Source: an uncultured delta proteobacterium
Lineage (GTDB): Bacteria; Desulfobacterota; Binatia; UBA9968
Length of the DNA stretch: 64,000 bases
Assembly (NCBI GenBank): GCA_963804165.1
Contig: CAWDPO010000046.1
Span: forward strand, 160,001-224,000
Direction of reading: 5' to 3'
Part shown: positions 43,339-53,860 of the stretch, one piece after another
Layout: every line of letters starts with the position of its first letter
Position numbering within the stretch: the stretch's first letter is position 1
Notes under the pieces: generated by a model
Databases searched by the model: none
Told to the model about the DNA's origin: nothing
Seen by the model: the letters and a program-made list of their open reading frames with translations, nothing else
Program-made: the position numbers and the translations under genes

Positions 43339-44522
43339 ACCGTTCGGCCCAGCCAATCGGAGGCTGGGTCATGATTATCGAGGTTGAATACGCGTTTCTA
43401 AAAAGCGCCGTACATGCGCGGGGGGATCTAAAACAATTGAAATTTTTCTGAGTCGAAACCATACCGGACCAGCAGTTAATCGAAACCAAACTCACCGATC
43501 TGGGCTTACCCTTCGACAAGAATACAATTTCAATCTCCGTTTCTGAGCGCTATAAAGACGCGGATTCGATGAGACAGTCCGGGACACGTGTGACGAAATT
43601 ATAGGTGGGACGGATCGCCACAATGAAAAAAAACCGGTTAAGAAGAATAATAAAAGAGCGGCAAAGGTCGGCGACCGCCTCTTTTTAAGAAGTAAAAAAG
43701 TCAGCCGTCTATCTGATCACACGGAACCATCCGCTGAAAAATCCACCCATCACGGGAGATTCGAATTGAAGGGGCGAAGAGACAAGCAACGGTCCCGCGG
43801 CGGCCCGCGCCTTTATCCGAACTGTTCATGCATTCGACATGTTTAATCCGTATCTCCTCAGGTTGACTGAATGCTGCCATTTCAGTGCGAGATAGCGGGC
43901 GCATTGCGTCAGCCGTGTCATATCGCGTCAAGTTTGGCATCGATGTCATAAAAATCCCGCTTGTTTGACAGAGTCGGGCGGCCAAATTGGCGCCTGGGAC
44001 ATGGTTTTTTAGCGAATTCATACGCTTTGTTGTGATGGCCTAAGCATTGCTCTAGGCAAAGACGCAGAACACCCGAAAACAACCGCCGCATAACCCGATG
44101 GAAGGACCAACCTATCTCTTCTGTGACCACAGCATGACCTTTCGCAGGCGACCGCGACACTGTCACTTCTCCTGGAAACGGGTGTTCTGCGCCATCGCCT
44201 TTGCTGCACTGCCAGCCGCTCTGTTTCTCTAATCGACGCGAACGGGCGAGGGTCTTGGCAACTTCGCTCGCGGCTTATCTGTTCATCATCATCGGCCGGC
44301 GGGTGCTGTTACGGCGGAGTTTTTCAGAAAGCACGCTTGATGTGGTGCGCTTTGTTGAGAGGTTTCCTGTTGATTTTGCACTTCTAGGGTTGCGAGTTTT
44401 CCAATACTCTTCTGGAGAAGCCAGGCATATAGTGGTTCGGCGCTATTGACGCGGATCGCGGGTAACGAGCAAAAATGCAATCGCGTGAAAGGCCCAGCCA
44501 ATAACATGGGAAGCGTAGGGAC

Positions 44523-47500
44523 ATGGGAAACCTCATGAGCATCGAAAGAGATCGGCTTCTCTCCCTCATCGAGTTCTCTCAGCAGTCCGCTCGGTTGCGT
44601 GGCAAACCAGCCGCTACTGTCGCCGCACACGGTCTCTTTGCTCTGTACGAGCACGAAATCCAAGGGCTGCCGGGCATCCGCATAAACGTCAACGGCCCCG
44701 ATAGCGAGGACGAAATTTGGCTTGCCGTTGAGCGGCTGCACGAGACGAGGCCGCCCGATGTTGCCAGCGCGGTACTGCGACCCTGGGTACAGATGACGCA
44801 GGCGCCAACGGAAGAGCCGCGGCTGCGCGAGGCTGCGGATGGTGCAAGTCTGATCGCCGCAGGCACGCATTGTTCATCAGTGAAGCCGCCTGAGCAAGGC
44901 AAGCCTGCCATCGACCCAGAGACGACGATCACGCTTTCCGACTACGAAAATGCCCCTCTAGTCCGGGCCCAGTTTGCTACCTATCTCGCCACGAAGTGGC
45001 GTCCCTGGGCCGAGGAAGAAAAGCGTCGCCGCAGGACCATCCGTCTCTATTCCCAGCTCTTCACGCTGAAGCAGCAGCTCGAGGGCAGCATTGTCGAAGC
45101 GCAGCTCGAGCTCGTCTGGGGCGTGGGCCTCGGCATTTGGAACTCTAATGGCGCCATCGTGAGCTATCCGTTGGTAGGACGACTGGTCGAGATGTCGCTC
45201 AACCCAGTGACGGCCGAAGTGGAAATCCGGCCTCGGGATGTCGATGCTCGCATCGAGGTCGACTGGTACGCATCCGTCGATAACCCTGGCGTTGCCGATC
45301 TGGAGAAAGCGGCGAAGGAGTTCTTCGGGAAGGCTACAACAACTTTTTCGCCGTTTGACCGCGGCACTTTCGAGCCGCTGCTTCGTACGGCGGTTACCAA
45401 CCTCGACGCGAACGGCATCTACTGGCCAAACGAAGTGCCAGCGGAGGACCGGACGCTGCCCAAGGCGGACGACAAGCTCAAAGTCACCGACACGTGGGTG
45501 CTCTTTGCGCGTCCGCGCACCAACAACCTGTTTCTGCAGGACCTGGAAAAGCTGAAGAAACAAGCCGAGGAAGCCGAGTCCTACCCGCCCGCGGTGGCTG
45601 CGGTCGTAACCGACCCAGACACGACCAACCCGGTTGTCGAACTGCCACCATTCCGTGGTGTGTCCGCCTCGTACCACTCGGAGCACAGCGCGAGCAGCAT
45701 GAAGGCGCGCGACCTCTATTTCCCCAAGCCCTTCAACGACGAGCAGGTCCGCATCATCCAGCTGTTGGATATTTCCGATGGCGTCGTCGTGCAGGGTCCG
45801 CCTGGTACGGGCAAAACGCACACCATCGCCAACGTCATCTGCCACTATCTCGCCGAGGGCAAGCGGGTGCTCGTGACCTCCATGAAGGACCCGGCATTGG
45901 CGGTGCTGCAGGAGCAGCTTCCCGAGGAAATCCGTCCGCTCGCTATTTCGCTGCTGACGAGCGAACAGGAGGGGATGAAGCAGTTCGAACACGCCATCCA
46001 TAAGATTGCCTCCGAGGTACAGGGCCTCGACCGCGGCAACACGACGAGAGAGATCAGCCATCTTGAGGAGTCCATTGATGCTCTCCACGGCAAACTCGCT
46101 GGCATTGACCGCAAGATTGGCGAATGGGCGAAACGAAACCTCGCCAAAGTCACGCTGGAGACCGAGGAAATCGACCCTCAGGACGCTGCGCGCGAGGTGG
46201 TCCAGAACGTCGGTCAGTTCGAGTGGATTCCCGACTCGCTTGGAATCGCTCCCGAGTTCGCGCCGCAGTTCTCGGACGCTGATGTTGTGCGGCTCCGCGA
46301 GGCAAGGCGTGCTCTAGGTCAAGACATCGACTATCTCAATTCGTCGCTGCCGCAGCTCGTGGAGTTTCCCGACTCCAAGACACTGCTCGAAGTCCACCAG
46401 GATCTGTCCCAGTTCGAAAAGCTGAAACAGGGCATAGAAAACGGGGACGTTCCGGCGCTCGCCGATTCGAGCCAGGAGACGATCGCTCTCGCTCAAAAAC
46501 TCCTCACGCATATCGAAGCTCTTCAGTGCCTACGCGACGAAGTAGTGCGGGCGCATCGTCAATGGACGGTCACCTTGCGCGAACGGCTGCGGACCGGTAG
46601 GAGCGACAACCTCATGCCGATGCTGGATGCCCTCGGCGCCGAGCTTGAGCAAGCTGTCGAACGGCGCAAGGCGTTTCTTGAGCGGCCGGTTACCACGCCC
46701 GTAGGCATCGAGCTTGATCCCGAGCTCGCGGAAGCTGTGCGGAATCTCACTGAGGGCAAGAGCGCCTTTGGTCTGAAAGGGCTGTTCGGCAGGGCAGCGC
46801 AGAAGGAGCAACTGGACAGTATTCGTGTTCTCGGCAATCCCCCTGCCAACGCCGAGAGTTGGAAGCATGTAGCCGAGCATCTGGCGTTGTTGAAATGCCT
46901 GCGCGAACTAGCCTTGCGCTGGAACGCTCTTGCTCACGAACTTCAGCTCGAAGCGGCGTACCGGAGGACGGGCCGGACAAGTGGCTTGACCGCCGCCCAA
47001 GAGTACGCCCTTTACCTCAAGGTGAAGAAAGTAGTGAACGCGGAAGGCGAACTCTGCGCCGCTGCTTCTCACGTGTTCCCCAACTGGGATCATGCTCGCG
47101 AGGTGGCGGATAACACGCAGCGATTGGCTGAGTTGGAGAGGGCCCTGCGGCACCACCTAACCAAGAACCGGCTCGCCAACGTCTGGGTCACCAAAGAGCG
47201 ATTTCAGAAGGTACTGGAAGGCCGCACCGGCCGCGTCATAGAGAACATTCGCCGGTTTCTCTCCGAGACACTGGGCAATCCAGAGATCGAAGACGCCCGG
47301 ATGCAGGCTGAGTGGTCGGCGCTGATGGCGGAGCTATCTCGCGTGCTGGGTCTGGGTACACATCTCGCCACCGTGCGCGACGTTTGCGAAAAGGTCGAGG
47401 CTTCCGGTGCGCCGCAGTACGCCATGTCGCTCAAACATCCGATTGAGGGTACGGTGGATGGCCTTCTGCCAGACAACTGGCGCAACGCTTGGCGTTTGAG

Positions 47501-49231
47501 GCGTCTGGCCACCTACCTTGAATCGATTGACGCGCACGAAGAGCTAAAGCGGCTGGCGAAGGACCGCCATGAAGTGGAGAGCGATTTGTCGCGCGCCTAT
47601 CGCGACATCGTGGTGAAGCGAACGTGGCTGAAACTTGCGGAGAACGCTTCACCCAGCATCCGGGCCGCCCTGCAGGCATATCTCATCGCCATTCAGAAAA
47701 TCGGCAAGGGCACAGGCAAGCGCGCGGTGCGCTATCGGCAGGATGCACGTATGGCAGCATCGCAAGCGAACCCTGCAGTACCGTGCTGGATAATGCCGCA
47801 CTACCGCGTGTCCGAATCGCTGCCCGCAGAACTGGGCTGCTTTCATCTCGTCGTCATAGACGAAGCGTCGCAATCGGACTTAACTGCATTACCTTCCCTG
47901 TTACGGGCGAAGAAAGTGCTAATCGTCGGCGACGACAAGCAAGTTTCTCCTGAAGGCGTGGGCCTTGAGGAGGAGAAGATCCGCAGCCTCATGAGCCGCT
48001 TCCTCGGCAATCAGGTGGAGACCTATCGCCCGCAGATGTCGCCGGAACGCTCCATCTATGACTTGTACAAAGTAGTGTTCGCCAAGAGCGCGGTGATGCT
48101 GAAGGAGCATTTCCGCTGTGTCGGCCCCATCATCGAGTACTCCAAGCGTGAGTTCTACAATCACGAGCTGCGGCCGCTGCGCTTGCCAAAAGCCTCCGAG
48201 CGTCTCGACCCACCGCTCATTGACGTAGTGGTGCAGGACGGCTACCGCAAGGGCGACGTCAATCTGCCCGAGGCGCGGTTCATCGTCGATGAAATCAAGG
48301 CGATTGTGGCTGACCCTAACATGGCCGGCGCTCCATCGGGGTCGTCTCGCTGCTCGCCGACAAGCAGGCTCTGGCGATATGGGAGCGACTAACGGATGAG
48401 ATCGGGCCGGAACTCATGCAACGCCATCACATCGCTTGCGGCGATGCCCGCACGTTTCAGGGCAAGGAACGCGACATCATGTTTCTCTCCATGGTGTCAG
48501 CGCCTAACGAGGTTGGCGCGCCGCTTTCCCGCGATACCTTCGCGCAGCGTTTCAACGTGGCGGCTTCGCGGGCGAGAGACCGAATGTACCTGGTGCGCTC
48601 AGTGGAACTGGAGCATCTGAGTGAGGCGGACCGGTTACGGCGCAGTCTCATCGGACACTTTGCGACACCTTTCGCGCAGGATGAAATGCGCGTGGAGGAT
48701 CTGCGCAAACTTTGTGAGTCGCCTTTCGAACGCGAGATGTACGACGAACTCACGCAGCGTGGCTACTGGGTAACGCCACAAGTGCGTGTCGGCCAGTACC
48801 GCATCGACATGGTGGTAGAGGGACACAACGACGCTCGGCTGGCGGTCGAGTGCGACGGCGACAAGTACCACGGCCCGGACAAGTGGGCCGACGACATGCA
48901 GCGGCAGCGCGATCTGCGGCGCGCGGGCTGGGTGTTCTGGCGGTGTTTCGCCTCCGCCTTCATCCGCCGTCGGAAGGAAATGCTGGAAGACCTCTTGAAG
49001 ACGTTGGCCGAGCGCGGCATCGAACCAATTGGTGCCGAAGGCGCGCCAAGGAGCGTGCATACCGAGCACCGCGTCGTGTCGTTTGTCGTTGAGGCGGTGA
49101 ATCAAGGTGACTTGAAGCCCGTAGTTGCTGGCAGCGCCCACGCGATACCCCCCGCTGTATCGGCGGTACCGTTTAGTTCAACGAGAGAAGACGTACCTCC
49201 CGCAGAAGTTCCGCTGTATCCGTCAAAGTGA
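44523..49231 (+). CDS. Large Upf1/DNA2-like SF1 helicase fused to a C-terminal Vsr/DUF559-like (MTES_1575-type) endonuclease; frameshift near 48330
   Basis: QGPPGTGKT, VIDEASQ, VGDDKQ, EHFRC; shifted frame continues SIGVVSLL..FQGKERD, RFNVAASRARD, SPFE..YRIDMVV..AVECDGDKYH..QRDL..GW. Confidence 0.88.
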
Positions 49232-49817
49232 CGACAATCGCCATGACCCAGAGCAACGATTGTTCCTTTGGTCGGATCGCGCGATGGCAGTCTGTCATTC
49301 AGCGAAGACTCGGAGTATTCCGGATCGCCCGAAAATGATCCTCGGGCGTCAACAGCACACCGAGCCCTGGAAATCCAAAGCGTAAGAATTCAGGGTCATC
49401 GACTCCAAATCGGCAGTCTATAGAACGGAAACCGGGCAATCCAGTCGTTGAAGGACTGGCGGCCCTCGAAGAAGGATTCAGAACCCTCAATGTTCGCATT
49501 GTAGTCGCGTTGCTCGCGTAAACGTCTACACCGCGGGGCCTGTGGTCGTGTGCACTGATCCAGGTTGCAATAAAGTCGAACGTGTTGACGTGCAGACGTT
49601 ACAGCGCCTTGCTGAAAGTCTTCGAGTCACCTGTCGCAAATGCAATAGCACCGGCTTGGCAAGTGTACCGGAAAGGGGCCGCTCGGCAATTATCTAAAAT
49701 GCCGAGACTGCGGCGAGAATACTTCATGGCAGTTCGTGGCGCAGTATGGGCGAAAGGATTTAAAATGAATACTATTGGTCTAATGTAGTAGTGAGTCCTA
49801 CGAATGGACATTGGATA

Positions 49818-50156
49818 TTACCGCTCTTTTGACATAGGGAAGGTGGCGGAGGCTTGGGAGCGATGGTGCTGCAGCAGGTTCAACGAGATCTGCCCTTCGG
49901 AGTCCATGGCGACGATCTCGCCGTCGACGAGCGTGCCCGACGGCAGAGCTTCACAACCTTTGGCGATCGCGGGGAATTGAGACGTGAAGTCGTTTCCTCT
50001 GCGTGACCACAGGCTCACGCCGCCGGCGTCGTTGCCGGCGAGGCACCGATAGCCGTCGAACTTGATCTCGTAGAGCCAGTCCTCGGGGAGCTTACGGACC
50101 GCGAGCGCGTACATGGGTTCGACAAAGGCGATTTTGGCCGGCAGCGCTTTCGCCAT
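49818..50156 (-). pseudogene. Truncated ATP-dependent DNA ligase (LigD ligase-domain fragment)
   Basis: PMYA, YEIKFDGYR, SRRG, VDGEIV; ends before the later ligase motifs. Confidence 0.8.
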
Positions 50157-50207
50157 CCGGCATGGTAACGGCTGGGAAATGGGGTTGCTAGAGGGTCGGC
50201 GCCCGCT

Positions 50208-50405
50208 TCACCTACATACGTTCTCAATCCATTTTTCCCCCAACTCCAATCCATAAGCTTCAGCATCCGCCTCACAGGAGAAATTGGCGGTACAAGACAG
50301 CGACAACACGACTGCTCCGTCGTTCGCCCGGACAACGTTCACCACTGGATTTCCGGTCTCTGTCCGGACGGAAATAATGACTCCATTGTAAGCGCTGGTA
50401 GACAT
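50208..50405 (-). CDS. Small hypothetical protein
   Basis: GGGAGGT RBS; 65-aa ORF co-oriented with the ligase fragment. Confidence 0.5.
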   Translation of the reverse strand: MSTSAYNGVIISVRTETGNPVVNVVRANDGAVVLSLSCTANFSCEADAEAYGLELGEKWIENVCR

Positions 50406-50635
50406 TCGGGATACCTCCCTGTCTTTTTTGTCACGCTTACGACGATCGCCCTATCGCGTTCTGTCTAATATTAGACAAGTCTCAAAGATAATTTACGAGA
50501 GCCGGGGGCTGGTGCGCTGGGGTTTTTATGTGCGCTAGTCCGCGGGGGCCGGTTTTCGGGCTGGCGCCGTAGTTTTCCTAAAAAGTGTCTAATGCTGAAC
50601 GGTACTCTTTGCCAAGATGAGAAATTGTCTACAGT

Positions 50636-51199
50636 ATGAAATACATCTCTTTGTTTCTGATCGGTGTAGCGGCTTCCGGCTGCATCAACCGGGCAACGGC
50701 GACCTTGGCGCCGGGCGCGGGCTTCAGCCACGTAAATACTTTCTACGTCGTGCATCAGCCGCGCGATAAAGAAAAACTCCATCAAATGATCAGCGACAAT
50801 CTCTCCATGAAAGGCTACCGCTCGACCGCCGGGCCGGAGCTCGCCGGAGTCCTACAAGACAGACGCAATTATCACTTACGTGGACAAATGATGTGGGACA
50901 TCACACTGTATCTCCTCGAGCTCACAGTCACGGTGATAGCCCACTGGTCAACCGTTGGCCGTCGGCAACTCCTACCATACGTCCATGACGCGTCTATCAC
51001 CACAAGAAATGATCGACGAGGTTTTGGGAAATATCTTGGGTCTGCGAAGCGCGCCCGTAGGGGCGATGCCGGTCCCCCAGAGATAACGGTTCAACCAGTG
51101 AAGGATAGTTCTAGGCTGCGCCCCAATTTTGCTAACCAAAGGTGCGAAGTGAAATCATGGCCGGCGCGAGAGGAATGCTCAGGATCGGCCTGGTGCTGA
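50636..51199 (+). pseudogene. Frameshifted lipoprotein
   Basis: Lipobox ASGC; alternate frames give YVDK.MWDITLYLLELTVT and AVGNSYHTSMTRLSPQEMIDEVL. Confidence 0.5.
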
Positions 51200-51499
51200 T
51201 CAAACTGACAAGCTTTCAGCAAGTATCCAGACCGACATACTTGACTTATCCCCAGGCCGAAGAACAAACCGGCATTTCGCAGCCGCAAGTTTCCAAGTGG
51301 CGCAAGCGGCTAGTATTAGGCGAAGGATTGAGCGGGACTTCGTCGGTCGCCGGGTTGCCTGCACGTACATTTTAGTCAAGTTTGCTTAAAGATTTCCACC
51401 AAATTTGACGGCTTCTGGCGAGTATTTGTAAGTCCTCAATATATTGGCAATATTTGTCATTATTGATTAGCATTTGACAACCTCCTACAATTGACCTAA

Positions 51500-51852
51500 A
51501 TGATTAAGCCAATCCCAATGCAAGTTACGTTTAACGTGAAACTGCCCGCGCTCGTGAAAAAGGAAAAGCGCGGCCGCAGATATATCTCCTGGTGTCCCGT
51601 TCTCGATGTCTATTCCCAGGGCGAGAGTCGCGACAAGGCTTTAAGTAATCTCTCAGAAGCGCTGCGCCTGTTTTTTGTTTCGTGTTTTGATCGCGGACGC
51701 TAGACCAGGTACTCAAAGAGTGTGGCTTCAAGCCCCTGGAAAAACGTGTTTTTAAGATCCAACGTCGTTTTCCGAAGAAATATGATTCGATCGATTTGCC
51801 TCTGCCGTTTCAAATACCCCCGAAAGCGGATCCCGCCGAGTGGCGCGCTTAA
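51500..51852 (+). CDS. hicB: HicB-like antitoxin (frameshift near 51695)
   Basis: YISWCPVLDVYSQGESRDKALSNLSEAL; continues TLDQVLKECGF in the shifted frame and overlaps hicA. Confidence 0.8.
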
Positions 51853-52070
51853 CGCCCGTCAGTTGGAAAAAGCTCAAGTGCGTTTTTGAAAAAGCCGGTT
51901 TCACCGCCGAGCGAGAAGAAGGAAGCCATATCTCAATGATCAAGCCTGGCGTCCTTCGCCCGGTGATCATCCCAAAATACGATTCTGTCGGTCTCGACAT
52001 CATCAAAAACAATATGCGCACTGCGGGATTGAGTCGCGCGGACTATCTTAAATTCTTGGACCAGTGCTGA
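51840..52070 (+). CDS. hicA: HicA family mRNA interferase toxin
   Basis: FEKAGF..REEGSHISMIKPG..PVIIP; GSH catalytic His. Confidence 0.88.
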   Translation: MARLTPVSWKKLKCVFEKAGFTAEREEGSHISMIKPGVLRPVIIPKYDSVGLDIIKNNMRTAGLSRADYLKFLDQC

Positions 52071-52156
52071 TTTGTGCAAGTCCTCGAAGCCCTGCGCCGG
52101 CAGCTCGACATACTAAGTGCGCCCGGCCGGTTCCGGGCGATAAACGATCACTCGTC

Positions 52157-53042
52157 TTAAAGAGGGACACCAATGGCGTCCCACATTGACTCCTGGACGT
52201 GCGGTTTTATTGTTTTCACGATCGTTGCTTCCGAGGCACCGTTTTTTAACGCATTCTCCCAACGTGCAATTTCCTCCCAAGCCTTGATCGCGCGACCTTG
52301 ACCAATCCGCCGAAGTGAGGCCGAAATTCCATCCAAAGAGCCTGACTTCTTCGCTGCGTTTGCTGCGCTGATGAACCGTTGAAGCCGCCCGGTTCGGGTA
52401 GATTTCCTCTTTTTCTTTTGCTTCGTGCGCCTGTCTCGCATTTTCTTGGCGAAATAACCTGACTCAACTCTACGCTTGTATGTAGAGGCGGCCTCGCATT
52501 CGCTGGAGCAATAAACCGACCGTCGGCCCTCGCGCAGAAAAAGCTTTTCGCAGTGAGAGCACACCTAATTGTGAAAGGGTGTTTTTCTGAATCGCGTTGT
52601 TAATAAGGCGATAACAACCTTTTTGAACCGTTCGATCATCCGTATACTCAAATAGACCAAACTCTCTGCCGGCAATCTCGATCCACTTGCAGTTTAGTGG
52701 TGATCCTTCCTCGAGTTTGATTTCGTTTCGAGCTGTGACGTATCTGCTGCTGCTTAACGACATCCTATCAATCTTTCGTACGAGAGCCTCCAGCTTTGCC
52801 GCAATTTCAGAATCAGAAGAACACTTGAATAGGCTGGCAACATCGCTCTTAACCTCAGCTTGAATATCAATAAGCACTTCCTTTGTTGGTTCCTCTGGAC
52901 CAAGGGAAGTCGCAACGAGAAACCACCTCAAGAACCTTTCCTCACTCGAGTTAGGTGAGGAATTCAACGTTTCTAAATCGAAGTTTAAGAAATGCACCAG
53001 TCCTCGAAGATCATAGTTGGAGTTAACAGTTTTTGAAGCCAT
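52157..53042 (-). CDS. Putative island regulator with CGNR-like Zn finger (frameshift near 52562)
   Basis: GGAGG RBS; joined ORFs give LGVCSHCEKLF..YCSSEC; divergent from the HTH/primase operon. Confidence 0.5.
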
Positions 53043-53153
53043 AAATCCTCCATTCTGTTAACAGCTGTCCCTGTTAACACGCCTCAGGTTTTAGAAGACG
53101 CCCCAAGTCAGTTAACAGTGAAATTTGACAGTAGCTGTTAACGAACTTATATT
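53022..53153 (+). promoter_or_regulatory. Divergent switch region: five GTTAAC operator-like sites and a near-consensus sigma70 promoter
   Basis: GTTAAC at 53022, 53057, 53073, 53111, 53137; TTGACA (53125-30), 17 bp, TATATT (53148-53). Confidence 0.75.
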
Positions 53154-53208
53154 CAAGCACACTCAATGCTGTATGCAGGTCTTACGTAAAAGCAAGCGAG
53201 GTGAAGCG

Positions 53209-53400
53209 ATGAAAGAACAAGATCTTCTATCGACGTACGACGCGTCAAAGGTTCTAGGCGTGTCGCCGGAGACGGTCCGATCCTGGGAACGTTCCGGCCG
53301 GCTAAATGCGACGCGAACGGCTGGTGGTATGCGACTATTCCGGCGCGATGATGTCGAAAAGATCGCAGAGAAGCGATCTCAAGAATCGACAGCTGGATAA
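53209..53400 (+). CDS. MerR/excisionase-type HTH protein (AlpA/Xis-like)
   Basis: LLSTYDASKVLGVSPETVRSWERSG..RTAGGMRLF; GAGGTG RBS. Confidence 0.85.
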   Translation: MKEQDLLSTYDASKVLGVSPETVRSWERSGRLNATRTAGGMRLFRRDDVEKIAEKRSQESTAG

Positions 53401-53539
53401 CAAAAACAACTGGCTCACCGCGGGCAAAGAACGGCCCGCAACGATCGGCAAAATCGCGCGGGCCAAAAAAAAAGGATTGAAGTGTGGGTACTCATAACGC
53501 AGCAAACTCGGAAACACAACTAAGACCGGCGGGCAGCCT

Positions 53540-53860
53540 ATGACCCGCATGCCCTTCGGAAAGCACAAGGGCATGCGAATTGATGATCTGCCCTTTGAAT
53601 ATTTGGAATGGCTGGTGGATCAAGATTTTTTACGTGAGCCGCTCGCGCGGAAGCTCAAGGCCGAATACGAGCGCCGCGCATATTCTCAGGAAAACCGCGA
53701 TATCTGCATCAATCCGACAATCGTCGACGAGCTCGTAGGCGCTGGGCTTAGGTCACTCGCTCTCAAATATCACCCGGATATTGGTGGCGATCATCAAAGA
53801 ATGGTGGCTGTGAACCAGGCGGCCGATTGGCTGTGCGCGCAAGCGAGGGCGCTCGCGTGA
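53540..53860 (+). CDS. DUF3820-like domain fused to a minimal J-domain (HPD)
   Basis: MPFGKHKG..DLP.EYLEW; LALKYHPDIGGDHQRMVAVNQA. Confidence 0.75.
   Translation: MTRMPFGKHKGMRIDDLPFEYLEWLVDQDFLREPLARKLKAEYERRAYSQENRDICINPTIVDELVGAGLRSLALKYHPDIGGDHQRMVAVNQAADWLCAQARALA

Noticed and set aside
43400-44500. Short ORFs at the island left end
   Set aside because: No recognisable motifs or consistent RBS; probably degraded sequence.
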